DNA of 64,000 nucleotides, taken from positions 38,329 through 102,328 of IMG/VR virus record IMGVR_UViG_3300042291_000228. The stretch is one strand, 5' to 3'. The notes under the pieces were generated by a model. That model worked only from the letters and a program-made list of their open reading frames with translations. It made no database searches and was not told the origin of the DNA. The position numbers and the translations under genes are program-made. The stretch comes from a virus. How positions within the stretch are numbered: position 1 is the stretch's first letter; each line of letters opens with the position of its first letter. Of this stretch, positions 30,227 through 38,833 are shown one piece after another.

Positions 30227-30461
30227 TGCGCTGACGATAGTTGTTGTTGCCACTGCGATTGTATTCACCTCGTGGCTTACGTGGTCGTGTGCTGTAGTAG
30301 TAGTTGTTCCATACTTGGCTATCTCTATTGTAGAGATTAGCCTCATTAAAGTCACACAGTTCGAATCGACAAAAATCGTGAAACTTTTCTAGATCATCAA
30401 AGATTTTAACAATCTCAGGTTTAGCTTCCCAATAGTTAACATCGCGATAGTTCTTAGCCAT
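30207..30461 (-). CDS. Hypothetical protein
   Basis: 84 aa, AGGA RBS, IFDDLEKFHDFCR motif. Confidence 0.65.
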   Translation of the reverse strand: MAKNYRDVNYWEAKPEIVKIFDDLEKFHDFCRFELCDFNEANLYNRDSQVWNNYYYSTRPRKPRGEYNRSGNNNYRQRNDNFSR

Positions 30462-30472
30462 TATAGCTTTCC

Positions 30473-30862
30473 TTAATATTTAATAAATGAACCATTTTCT
30501 CCGTCTTCGGAGACCTCAATCCAAACCTCACGGTTGGGATACTTTGCAGAGATAGCGTCAAACAAATCGCCTGACATCATCTCACAACTCTTAAAGTCTA
30601 AACTTAGTGTAGCATCTTTATAAAGATTTAGCAACCATCGTTTGAACTGAATAAACTCAATATCACGATCATCGTGGGTAACACCAATCCACACTTTAAA
30701 GTGAAAGATGTGACGATGTGGATAGCCTAGAAAACTCACATCATACTCGTCACCTGTTGCTAGGTTAGGATCTGTAAGTGCGGCTGGATATTTGTGCATA
30801 CCTTCTTTCTGGAAGGTAACCCAAATCATTTTATTAGGACGAATGTCTTGTCGAATAATCAT
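30473..30862 (-). CDS. T-fold QueD-like protein with DpdL-type LxxxHRHxF motif (candidate CDG decarboxylase)
   Basis: EGMHKYP...FLGYPHRHIFHF...DRDIEFI...SCEM...VSEDGENG; lacks the canonical QueD CxxxHGH. Confidence 0.7.
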   Translation of the reverse strand: MIIRQDIRPNKMIWVTFQKEGMHKYPAALTDPNLATGDEYDVSFLGYPHRHIFHFKVWIGVTHDDRDIEFIQFKRWLLNLYKDATLSLDFKSCEMMSGDLFDAISAKYPNREVWIEVSEDGENGSFIKY

Positions 30863-31062
30863 TCTGTTAAAGCCTTTGAAACAGAGTTAATATCATTTTG
30901 ATCCATAAAGAATTCATAGATAGATTCGCTATCAATCTTACCTTCTTTGTCTTTAGTTGCCTGAATAAAATTCACAGCAAACAATCCTTTGGGACTTTGA
31001 CATTCCCATTTTTTAACACGCAGTTGAAAACCTGCTGTGTCTTTAAGGATAACTTCTTTCAT
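30859..31062 (-). CDS. Hypothetical protein
   Basis: 67 aa, coupled. Confidence 0.55.
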   Translation of the reverse strand: MKEVILKDTAGFQLRVKKWECQSPKGLFAVNFIQATKDKEGKIDSESIYEFFMDQNDINSVSKALTE

Positions 31063-31463
31063 CTTAAACTCTCCATAGTGATAATTTTTGCTAGTTCTTC
31101 ACCGAGATCTTTGTCGTCTGTGACCACGTGTAAGCTGTGTCTATGATCATCCTTTTGACGATCATATTTGGTAGTTTCAATAATAGTTCCACCGGCTGCA
31201 CCGTATATGTTTAATCGAAATCCCTGTGACTGAATATTTGGGCCGTCACTATCGACGCTGATAGCATTACCATACTCGAGTTCGTCAGTGTCGTCCATTA
31301 ACCATTTACGAAGTTTTTGTTTAAATGTTAATTTCATAGGTTTTTCTTCTGTATACGGGTTTGATCTAATTCTTTGTTTAAGAACTGCTGAGGATTTATT
31401 CAACGCACGTTGTAATCGATGGATAGACTTTGCAGTTGAGGCATATTGCCCAATATTACTCAT
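31059..31463 (-). CDS. Hypothetical protein
   Basis: 134 aa, coupled. Confidence 0.6.
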   Translation of the reverse strand: MSNIGQYASTAKSIHRLQRALNKSSAVLKQRIRSNPYTEEKPMKLTFKQKLRKWLMDDTDELEYGNAISVDSDGPNIQSQGFRLNIYGAAGGTIIETTKYDRQKDDHRHSLHVVTDDKDLGEELAKIITMESLR

Positions 31464-31993
31464 TTTATAATCTCATCTTTGCCATATTGATCCCAACTAG
31501 TAAACTTATCTCTACCAAGTAGGTCGTGGAGGTTATGACACCACACTCCGGGATTAGTTGCTTTAAAATCTTTATCGTCTATCTTTATTGTAGCATTATA
31601 TCCCAGCTGTTGTAAATAGGGCAGTTTAACCGAAATCTGCGGAATAAACTGACGCTTCTCTACAAGACCGCTTTCCAATAAGCCTTCAACTTGTGCTAGA
31701 TCTAGATCCAGCGTACACCAAAAATCTTCGTCGGCATCTAGACAAACATAGATCATATCTTCCCATAGACGCCATTGTTCTGCATTGTTGATTTCTAATT
31801 TAGGAAAACTTTGATTAGCACCAAAGTAGATATGAGTACATTTATGGTCACGAGCAAGTTCCATAATTACATAGGCATCGTGTACACCTGTTACAAACAG
31901 AGTTTTCATTCCATATGCAGGGGTCTTTTCGATCTCAATGCCTGTAAAAAATGTAATGCTATCTGCAACACCCGATTCGTAATTTCTTTTCAT
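31460..31993 (-). CDS. Hypothetical enzyme-like protein inside the deazaguanine cluster
   Basis: FTGIEIEKTPAYGMKTLFV...HIYFGANQSF...KIDDKDFKATNPGVWCH. Confidence 0.65.
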   Translation of the reverse strand: MKRNYESGVADSITFFTGIEIEKTPAYGMKTLFVTGVHDAYVIMELARDHKCTHIYFGANQSFPKLEINNAEQWRLWEDMIYVCLDADEDFWCTLDLDLAQVEGLLESGLVEKRQFIPQISVKLPYLQQLGYNATIKIDDKDFKATNPGVWCHNLHDLLGRDKFTSWDQYGKDEIIK

Positions 31994-32397
31994 ACTGTTT
32001 GTTTTCTTTGTTGACGCTCTGCTTCGTGATGATCACACAGAGTTTTAATCCACCCACCATCTCTTCTTTTACCCGGCGAGCCACATTCTTCACAACTAGC
32101 ATCTGCCCACGCTTCTGCCATACGAACCATTCCATTAATATATTCGTCGCCGCCATCATAGTAGAAACGTAGTCCGCCAAACTTCTCTTTAATCTGTGCC
32201 ACTGTTACCTGTGGCACTACTTCTAACTGTTTGTTTTTCCAATCAATGTGATGCTGAATATTAGAGCACAGTTTTTCTAGAATAGGCCACCAACCTTCAC
32301 CGCAGGCAAATCCGCCATACTTGCCGCTAAACATCTTTGGAAAACGTTCTTCCATCTGTTTAGCAAATGCATTGTATTTTTCAAATTCGTCACTCAT
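31990..32397 (-). CDS. Hypothetical protein with C-terminal Zn-ribbon
   Basis: QIKEKFGGLRFY...CEECG...TLCDHH. Confidence 0.7.
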   Translation of the reverse strand: MSDEFEKYNAFAKQMEERFPKMFSGKYGGFACGEGWWPILEKLCSNIQHHIDWKNKQLEVVPQVTVAQIKEKFGGLRFYYDGGDEYINGMVRMAEAWADASCEECGSPGKRRDGGWIKTLCDHHEAERQQRKQTV

Positions 32398-32585
32398 TAC
32401 CAGTTACTCACGTCAGTATTGTCAACTTTAACTTCCTTGCCCAATAGTTCAAATTGAACTGTTGTGGTAGGCCCAATGCCGCTAGAGTGTTCCTCAACAA
32501 TTTCAAATTGAGGAATCTCCGGAAAACGATTAGCAATATCTGCCAATGTTTTAATCTGTGTCTGTGTTAGTATATATTTTTTCAT
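32397..32585 (-). CDS. Hypothetical protein
   Basis: 62 aa, SSGIGP motif. Confidence 0.55.
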   Translation of the reverse strand: MKKYILTQTQIKTLADIANRFPEIPQFEIVEEHSSGIGPTTTVQFELLGKEVKVDNTDVSNW

Positions 32586-32791
32586 CGTTCGTCATCAAAA
32601 TCGACAGTTTCGTGATCGTGTTCCCATTGCTTACGTCTTAGTATAGCAAGTTCATCTCTTAAAAGCAACCTCTGTTTCTTCAATTCTTGCATTTTCATAT
32701 CTTCAAACAGTCCATTCTTTTCTAGTGTATCGATTTTTTGGTCCAATACTCTATGAGATTCCTCTAAATGTTTAATTCTGTTTTCGTACAT
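32582..32791 (-). CDS. DUF465/YdcH-like coiled-coil protein
   Basis: HLEESHRVLDQKI...LKKQRLLLRDEL. Confidence 0.6.
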   Translation of the reverse strand: MYENRIKHLEESHRVLDQKIDTLEKNGLFEDMKMQELKKQRLLLRDELAILRRKQWEHDHETVDFDDER

Positions 32792-32800
32792 AGTTACTCC

Positions 32801-34336
32801 TTATTCCGCTACAAGTTTATCCAATTCACCATCTTCACGATCGTCGTTCCAGGAATCTTTATCTTCACTACCTTCTTCATAGAACAGGTCGTTTGAAATA
32901 TTTGTAACACCACCACGTAGGCGTGAGCCTTCCAAATTCTGCATAAAGCCTCTGGTTTCTGCATCAGCAATCATAGCAAATGCAGATTCTTTGTCTGGAC
33001 AATTAAACAGTTCTTCAACAAAGCGATCAAAATACAAGATATTACGAGGAACCCAATCGCTATACTCATCGCTCATATCACGATCTTTGTTCTTCTTCCA
33101 CATTCTCCAATCTGGACGAATCTTAGCTTGTTCAATATCTGCCAAATTGTTAGCACGTTGTACAGCTACAATGTGTTGATAGACATTATGTCCCATCATT
33201 AGTGCATAACCAAAACTGTCCCAAGATGTTTTGCCTTCTTTGCCGATCTTGTTTAACATTCCCGGCTTGTAATGACAAACGTCTGCTACATTAAGTCTAC
33301 GGCCGATCTCGCTTTCGAACGGAAACGGAATGTCTGGACGTGATGCAAGTGCTTTATTATCCGGAGCCTTGTCCATAATAACACTCCAACGCTTGGCTGT
33401 GTGCTGACTATTGGTATAAACCAGTCCGTGTGCAGTTGCAATGAATGGCGAAGCACAGTCAAAGCTGATTGTAAAGTTAGGATTAACGTGTTTACGGATC
33501 TGACGTTGAATACTAGTTAGGTAGCATGACCAATCTAACTGTGCAGTACCCAAGAAGTGCATCCAATCCTTGCCTTCTAACATACCGTCAAAGCGCATAG
33601 TGATCAATCGACGCAGAGTAATATGCATCTTGCACATATTAGCACCACCCATCGCCCAACCCTCAGCGGCTTTATCGCCCCAAACTTTCTTATCACTGAA
33701 TTCTTTAACGCCTTCGTACCACGCTTCCGCAGTATCCCAGTTACTACCCTGTAGAACATTCAAGAACTTGGTAGCACCTAAACGATTTTCTAAGAAGTAC
33801 TTGTTATTGTGGCGAGTCTTTTCTAGACAGTCTTCAAACGATTTTAATCCAGTCTTCGGACTGTGAATATGATCACAAGCCCAAGTAGGAACGTCAAGCA
33901 TCATTGACCAATCAGCAGTTAGTTCAAGCCAGTTAAGGATATCGTCTCGAGTTTTATTAGCTGCTTTACCTTCGAAGTCTAACCAATCAAACTTAAGAAT
34001 GCCTTTACCAATCTGGTAACCACCAGAGTCTCCTAAGATCATTGTCTTACTACGATCACGTTGTTGAATCATTGAATCGTGATCCATTGTTTTAGTAAGA
34101 TCTAACTGTGCATGACCTGCTGAATACAAACCATACTTGTAATAAAAGTAGCCTTGTTCGGGATTTAAAAAATTCATACCTTCAATACCACGATCGAATC
34201 CTGCTGGAATACGATCTTTAGGTACAAACTCTTCCTTACGTTGTTTTGCAATGTAAGTGCTGTAAAAACTACTAATCGCAGGCAAATAGACTGCGTAGTC
34301 TTTCTGTAGGGGTGTTAAATCAACTGGTTGTTTCAT
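32801..34336 (-). CDS. dpdA: TGT-fold guanine transglycosylase (DpdA-like DNA base-exchange enzyme)
   Basis: GDSGGYQ, MMLDVP, NVLQG, GWAMGG, HFLG, SFDCASP, late HN; no CxCxxC Zn site of bacterial tRNA TGT; phage context with folE/queE. Confidence 0.75.
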   Translation of the reverse strand: MKQPVDLTPLQKDYAVYLPAISSFYSTYIAKQRKEEFVPKDRIPAGFDRGIEGMNFLNPEQGYFYYKYGLYSAGHAQLDLTKTMDHDSMIQQRDRSKTMILGDSGGYQIGKGILKFDWLDFEGKAANKTRDDILNWLELTADWSMMLDVPTWACDHIHSPKTGLKSFEDCLEKTRHNNKYFLENRLGATKFLNVLQGSNWDTAEAWYEGVKEFSDKKVWGDKAAEGWAMGGANMCKMHITLRRLITMRFDGMLEGKDWMHFLGTAQLDWSCYLTSIQRQIRKHVNPNFTISFDCASPFIATAHGLVYTNSQHTAKRWSVIMDKAPDNKALASRPDIPFPFESEIGRRLNVADVCHYKPGMLNKIGKEGKTSWDSFGYALMMGHNVYQHIVAVQRANNLADIEQAKIRPDWRMWKKNKDRDMSDEYSDWVPRNILYFDRFVEELFNCPDKESAFAMIADAETRGFMQNLEGSRLRGGVTNISNDLFYEEGSEDKDSWNDDREDGELDKLVAE

Positions 34337-34685
34337 GTTCTCTCGATAAAATTGCTGTAAGTTCTAATCTTGTTTTTGCCTGTTCTAACTGTTCTAATGC
34401 TATACGAACAGCTTCGTTAGTTGTTGCTAACTTGTACCACGCATTTTCTTCATCTCGCTTCTTACGTGCCCATTGAACTATGTCTAGTACATCTTGATCT
34501 AGGCCTACAGTTGCATAACTGGTAGATAGCATTTGCCAATTGCTACCGTTAAACACTTCTATGTCTGTGTTGTGTATGCGTAGCATACCAGTCATTGGAT
34601 TGCTAGAGTTTGGGCCAACATACGGTAAGGAAGTATTACCTGCACTAACTGTTACACCCGATATGCCTTGTAGACCTTTGATCAT
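34320..34685 (-). CDS. Hypothetical protein
   Basis: 121 aa between the clamp and dpdA. Confidence 0.65.
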   Translation of the reverse strand: MIKGLQGISGVTVSAGNTSLPYVGPNSSNPMTGMLRIHNTDIEVFNGSNWQMLSTSYATVGLDQDVLDIVQWARKKRDEENAWYKLATTNEAVRIALEQLEQAKTRLELTAILSREHETTS

Positions 34686-34687
34686 AT

Positions 34688-35425
34688 TTAGGCAGCTTGA
34701 GCTGGAATAATATATTTGTAAGTAGCAAGTCCACTATCTAGTGTAATCTGAATAGCACCTTCATTTGACAACGACATCTTGGTGTTGTTGACATCTGCAA
34801 TTTTAAGAATACTCAAGATCGGCAACACCGGCCAAGTCCAACCGCGATCAAGTTTACCAGTTACACCCATTGCAAAAATAAATTCGCCACCGTGTGTACT
34901 AGCATCACCGAATATGAATTTTAATTTATCACCATCAGTCTTTGCCAAGAATGTTGGATGTTCGTTGTTAGCACCTGCCTGAAAGTTAAAACGTTGCACA
35001 GCACTAACTGTTGGCTCAATCTCTACGTCCCACTTAACGCCACGGAACTTGACAGTTTTCATCTTTTCGTTGATGATTTCTGTATTCATGAAACGATAGT
35101 CGTTCTTGAAGTCACCGTCTTTGTTTTCAAAGTGTAAGCCTGTCGGAATCGTTTCGCCATTGCGATCTGCAGTAGTAATACTAATCTTGGCATTTTCTTT
35201 GTACTCAGCACCGTCTAACAAATATTTCAATTTGTTTAGTTGCGGCATACCAAACACACCTATCATATCTGGATATGGTGCATTGGTTTCAGCCTCCATA
35301 ATCACTGAACGGTCTTCAGCCATTGAATTGATCAAAGTTTTATTTTGATCACCGGTGACTTTAACTGTGGTCAAGAAGCCTAGGTTCTGTGTGTGTGACA
35401 CGATGTCTTGTAGTATATCTTTCAT
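34688..35425 (-). CDS. DNA polymerase sliding clamp (gp45-like)
   Basis: 245 aa directly downstream of polB; NDYRFM, C-terminal YKYII; clamp loader also in window. Confidence 0.7.
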   Translation of the reverse strand: MKDILQDIVSHTQNLGFLTTVKVTGDQNKTLINSMAEDRSVIMEAETNAPYPDMIGVFGMPQLNKLKYLLDGAEYKENAKISITTADRNGETIPTGLHFENKDGDFKNDYRFMNTEIINEKMKTVKFRGVKWDVEIEPTVSAVQRFNFQAGANNEHPTFLAKTDGDKLKFIFGDASTHGGEFIFAMGVTGKLDRGWTWPVLPILSILKIADVNNTKMSLSNEGAIQITLDSGLATYKYIIPAQAA

Positions 35426-35448
35426 TTAGAATTCTCCTGTATATTAAG

Positions 35449-35477
35449 ATTATATTTAGATCTAGAGTAAAAAGCAA
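35449..35477 (-). promoter_or_regulatory. sigma70-like promoter TTGCTT-17-TATAAT driving the clamp-dpdA operon
   Basis: Read on the - strand; overlaps TAAATA. Confidence 0.65.
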
Positions 35478-35484
35478 CCGCAAT

Positions 35485-38154
35485 TTACTCAAAGTCAAAA
35501 AGTTTTGCGAATGTGTTGTCACTGCGAGTTGAACTGATGTCCCATTCCAAGACTCCAATCAAATTTTCTAATTTTTCATCGATGACTGCATTTTCCATTT
35601 CAGCATCGTTAAAAGGCAAGTCTTTGAACCATTGAGGCAATCTCAGTTCATCCACCGGGTAGGCAACTGATGTATAGCCCATAGGATTATCTTTGACCTT
35701 ACAGACAATAACTTTTGCACCGTCTGTAATAGCTACTGAGTATTTGTCATCCATCATACGCTTCAAAGTGTTCCAGTTAAGACTTGCACGAACGTGTCCG
35801 GGCATATTAGCCTTGCCAGCTTTCTTTTCTTTGTCTCGATATTCACTAATGTTGTTAGCACGTTTTGGGCTACCCTTCTCCCAACCTGGTCTAGTTTTAA
35901 ACTCAGTACGGAAGTTAGTGATGTATTCTAATACTTCTTCTTTTCCTGCACCGTTGAGAACTCTGGTAAGCACTTCGCTGAGAAAATCTTGAATTACCAC
36001 GGGAGTATCGGATCTTTTTAAATCAAGTCCCATTGCTTTGATTTTGCCAGGAGTACCCCCAATGTCTGCTCGCTTGCCTTCTTTGTCATAGTAAAGGACT
36101 GCATATCGCTTCTTGGTGATGAATAGTCCTTTGGAAGCAACAATCTCGCGACCTGCTTTGATGACCTCTCCTCGAGACTTTGGGCAGTGAAATGCATCTT
36201 GCATAAACTTTGGGAAGGTTCCATTAACAGTTTCTCCTATTGTATCGTAAAGTTCAACAACTGATTCCTTGCTCCAAGGAATAGCCCCTTTCTCAATGTC
36301 CTTCTTTAACGTAGCATACGCTGAGAAGTAACAAGAGTCTGTGTCACCGTAGATGATCGCTTTGCCAATATGATCATTATCTCCGGTTATAATTTCGTTT
36401 ACTTTACCTGCCATGTGACGAGCAATAGCACGACCTGTAAGTGTAGTCGATTGTCCAATACGATTGTCAAAGAATCTACAACCAGGATTAAGAATAGCAC
36501 CATACAGGCTGTTCAAATTAATCTTCTTAACCAACTGTCGCTTGTCCCAGTATTCTTCTTCAATTTTATTACCGGCTGCAATACAATCCTTTAGTTTGGC
36601 CTGCATTTCTTTACGTTCAGCATACCAACGTTTTAACAAGCCGGGAATGATACCTTCTTTCTCATAGGTAAAGATTGTGCCGTTAGCACTAAGCATCCAA
36701 GGCTGATTGCTTTCAAAGATTAGATCGTAGGCTTGAGCAGCACTTAGCGTATCAACACCGCCGTCTTCCCAGTCGATAGTAATTTCACGCCCGACATTTC
36801 TTTCTAGTACGGCTGCGTATTCTAGTGATCCAAACACACCTTCCCATGCTGATGCAAATGATTTACCTTTGGCAATTTCAGCAGCAATATAATCTTTAGT
36901 GCCGTCTTGACGCAACTGACCAACAATAGTTTCCGGACCCATGTTCAACGCTCTAATAGCTGACGGATACAGCGAGTTAATATCTAACGAACCAATCCAT
37001 TCGTGAATGCCTTTCTTGGGATAGGCCACATAAGCACCAGCGGCTTGATTACTAAAGCCTTCTTCACGACTTATTCTATTAGGAACAATCATTCCACGCT
37101 TGTGAGCTTCGTTGATAATGGCCTGCTCAGTTACAGCTACAGCACCCATTGTGGTCTGTAGTAGCACAGTACATTCGTGTGCCAGTGTGTTAGCAAGAGC
37201 CAGAAACTTTAATTTCTTATCTAACTTTTCTAACAACATACAGTCTTGTCTATTGTATTCAATAAATCTACGGAAGTCATTGTTATACAGTTGATCCAAC
37301 GTGCCTTCGTAGACAGTTTTGTTCTCACCGATCTCTGCTTCACCGATAGCATCTAGTCTATAGGTATGACGTTCTTCATATGTGTACTTGCGATACAGTT
37401 CAAGACTGTCTAGGTGTACACGACCAATAAGATCGTATGTGACAGCGGCCTTACCGTATTTTTCGTACTCACGCTTCTTGGGAAACTGATTCCACAAACA
37501 AAAACGTCTTGTATCTTCTTTACTTAGAACTTTGGCCACACGATTAACTGTGTAAGGAATATCAAAGCCTTCTGAGTTCCAACCACTTAGTACATCTGCA
37601 TCTTGTATTAGATCCAAGAACATGTCTAACATATCTGCTTCGTTATCAAACAAATACGTGTTAGGAAATTCTTCAACTTGCTTTTTAGCCTCTTCCATAC
37701 TTAGGGTCTTGGGAGGAATGGCCAAACAGACCATAGTCTGCATCCATTGTAGGTAGACAGCAATAGCAGTAATGGGCATAAATGCGTCCTCTGGACTAGC
37801 ATAGCCACGTTCTGGATCAAAGTCTACCTCAATGTCGAACCATGCTACATTTAGCTTAGGTGCATCAACATTAAGATAATTGTCTTCTAGACAACGATAT
37901 ATAGGATTGATATCACTTTCAAACAATTTTTTGTTTGAATGAATTGCAAGTTCTTTGCGATGTTCTTTGACGTTTTTTGAACTTACTCGTGAAAGAGGTT
38001 GTCCAAAAATACTTGTGAATTTACCCTTGGCATCCGGGTAATAAAATATATGACGGGCAGGGTATTCCTTATAATGTCGTTCGCCTTTATCATTGCGTTC
38101 AACAACATTAATCATATCCTGCTCTCTATTATAGAAAGCGTCTACGTAACTCAA
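35485..38154 (-). CDS. Family B DNA polymerase (gp43-like)
   Basis: Exonuclease motifs FDIE, GWNSEGFDIPY, YNRQD; polymerase motifs DINSLYPS, KINLNSLYG, YGDTDS, KKRY; TTG start after AGGAG. Confidence 0.97.
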   Translation of the reverse strand: MSYVDAFYNREQDMINVVERNDKGERHYKEYPARHIFYYPDAKGKFTSIFGQPLSRVSSKNVKEHRKELAIHSNKKLFESDINPIYRCLEDNYLNVDAPKLNVAWFDIEVDFDPERGYASPEDAFMPITAIAVYLQWMQTMVCLAIPPKTLSMEEAKKQVEEFPNTYLFDNEADMLDMFLDLIQDADVLSGWNSEGFDIPYTVNRVAKVLSKEDTRRFCLWNQFPKKREYEKYGKAAVTYDLIGRVHLDSLELYRKYTYEERHTYRLDAIGEAEIGENKTVYEGTLDQLYNNDFRRFIEYNRQDCMLLEKLDKKLKFLALANTLAHECTVLLQTTMGAVAVTEQAIINEAHKRGMIVPNRISREEGFSNQAAGAYVAYPKKGIHEWIGSLDINSLYPSAIRALNMGPETIVGQLRQDGTKDYIAAEIAKGKSFASAWEGVFGSLEYAAVLERNVGREITIDWEDGGVDTLSAAQAYDLIFESNQPWMLSANGTIFTYEKEGIIPGLLKRWYAERKEMQAKLKDCIAAGNKIEEEYWDKRQLVKKINLNSLYGAILNPGCRFFDNRIGQSTTLTGRAIARHMAGKVNEIITGDNDHIGKAIIYGDTDSCYFSAYATLKKDIEKGAIPWSKESVVELYDTIGETVNGTFPKFMQDAFHCPKSRGEVIKAGREIVASKGLFITKKRYAVLYYDKEGKRADIGGTPGKIKAMGLDLKRSDTPVVIQDFLSEVLTRVLNGAGKEEVLEYITNFRTEFKTRPGWEKGSPKRANNISEYRDKEKKAGKANMPGHVRASLNWNTLKRMMDDKYSVAITDGAKVIVCKVKDNPMGYTSVAYPVDELRLPQWFKDLPFNDAEMENAVIDEKLENLIGVLEWDISSTRSDNTFAKLFDFE

Positions 38155-38166
38155 ATTTTTCTCCTA

Positions 38167-38213
38167 TGTCTTTTGTGGCAGACAAATACCGAATGTGCGG
38201 TTTATGGCCCAGC
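38167..38213 (-). promoter_or_regulatory. Tandem RNA hairpins with 8-nt GCCAYAAA loops in the polB leader (putative translational operator)
   Basis: UGUCU-GCCACAAA-AGACA one nt before the AGGAG RBS; GC(U)GG-GCCAUAAA-CCGC upstream. Confidence 0.6.
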
Positions 38214-38231
38214 TTACCATCTACTGTTTAT

Positions 38232-38525
38232 TTAATTAATTATCATTCTAACGAGACCAACGGTATCGATTGCGGTTAGCAAACAATAGTTAGCCAGCAT
38301 ACCAAAAGATTTCCTAGTCCAAGCAGCCCAACCGTACATAGCACAACCAAGAATCCAAATGGGATAAAGAGTAAGAAGCGGCGGAGTGGGGACTGTGACT
38401 GCCATAGTAATACTGCAACCAATACTAATAGCCCAAGCAAACAGCTCAACAACAAAACGAATTGGGTTAGACTTAAAGTCATCTTTAATCCATTGTATAG
38501 TTGGGCTGAATATTGTGTCAATCAT
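38232..38525 (-). CDS. Small multi-pass membrane protein
   Basis: Three hydrophobic segments. Confidence 0.7.
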   Translation of the reverse strand: MIDTIFSPTIQWIKDDFKSNPIRFVVELFAWAISIGCSITMAVTVPTPPLLTLYPIWILGCAMYGWAAWTRKSFGMLANYCLLTAIDTVGLVRMIIN

Positions 38526-38785
38526 TCTGGCAGTCGTTTAGTAACACCGAGTATCATCTCAATATCGTTCCATTCTTGCTCGTGATCTTTCCAGTTGTCT
38601 TTGTGTGCAATTCGAATTGCTTTGTTAATAACTGATGGTTTGATTTGTAATTCTTCTGCAACAGCTTTGACAGTTTCTTTGAGACCTTCTTGCAGATCTT
38701 CTAGTTCACGAAGCACATTAGAACCTTCACTGATCAAACGTTCTAGTTTGGCTTTCTCTTCGGGACCGTACATTCTTGTAGACAT
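38522..38785 (-). CDS. dsDNA-binding protein (T4 DsbA/GapR-like)
   Basis: LKETVKAVAEELQIKPSVINKAIRIAHK helical pattern; AGGAG RBS. Confidence 0.65.
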   Translation of the reverse strand: MSTRMYGPEEKAKLERLISEGSNVLRELEDLQEGLKETVKAVAEELQIKPSVINKAIRIAHKDNWKDHEQEWNDIEMILGVTKRLPE

Positions 38786-38804
38786 AATTCTCTCCTATAG
38801 AACT

Positions 38805-38833
38805 ATTATATAGTCAAAGAAAAAGCCGGTCAA
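38805..38833 (-). promoter_or_regulatory. sigma70-like promoter TTGACC-17-TATAAT
   Basis: -35 lies inside the terminator hairpin below. Confidence 0.7.

Noticed and set aside
30227-30355. N-terminal extension of the glycosyltransferase given by the ORF track
   Set aside because: It overlaps the 30207-30461 gene and reads as low-complexity shadow sequence; the ATG at 30226 is more plausible.
32801-34336. Canonical bacterial tRNA-guanine transglycosylase (tgt)
   Set aside because: Lacks the Zn-binding CxCxxC motif and typical N-terminus, and sits in a phage replication operon with folE/queE. A DpdA-like role is preferred, though the substrate is untested.
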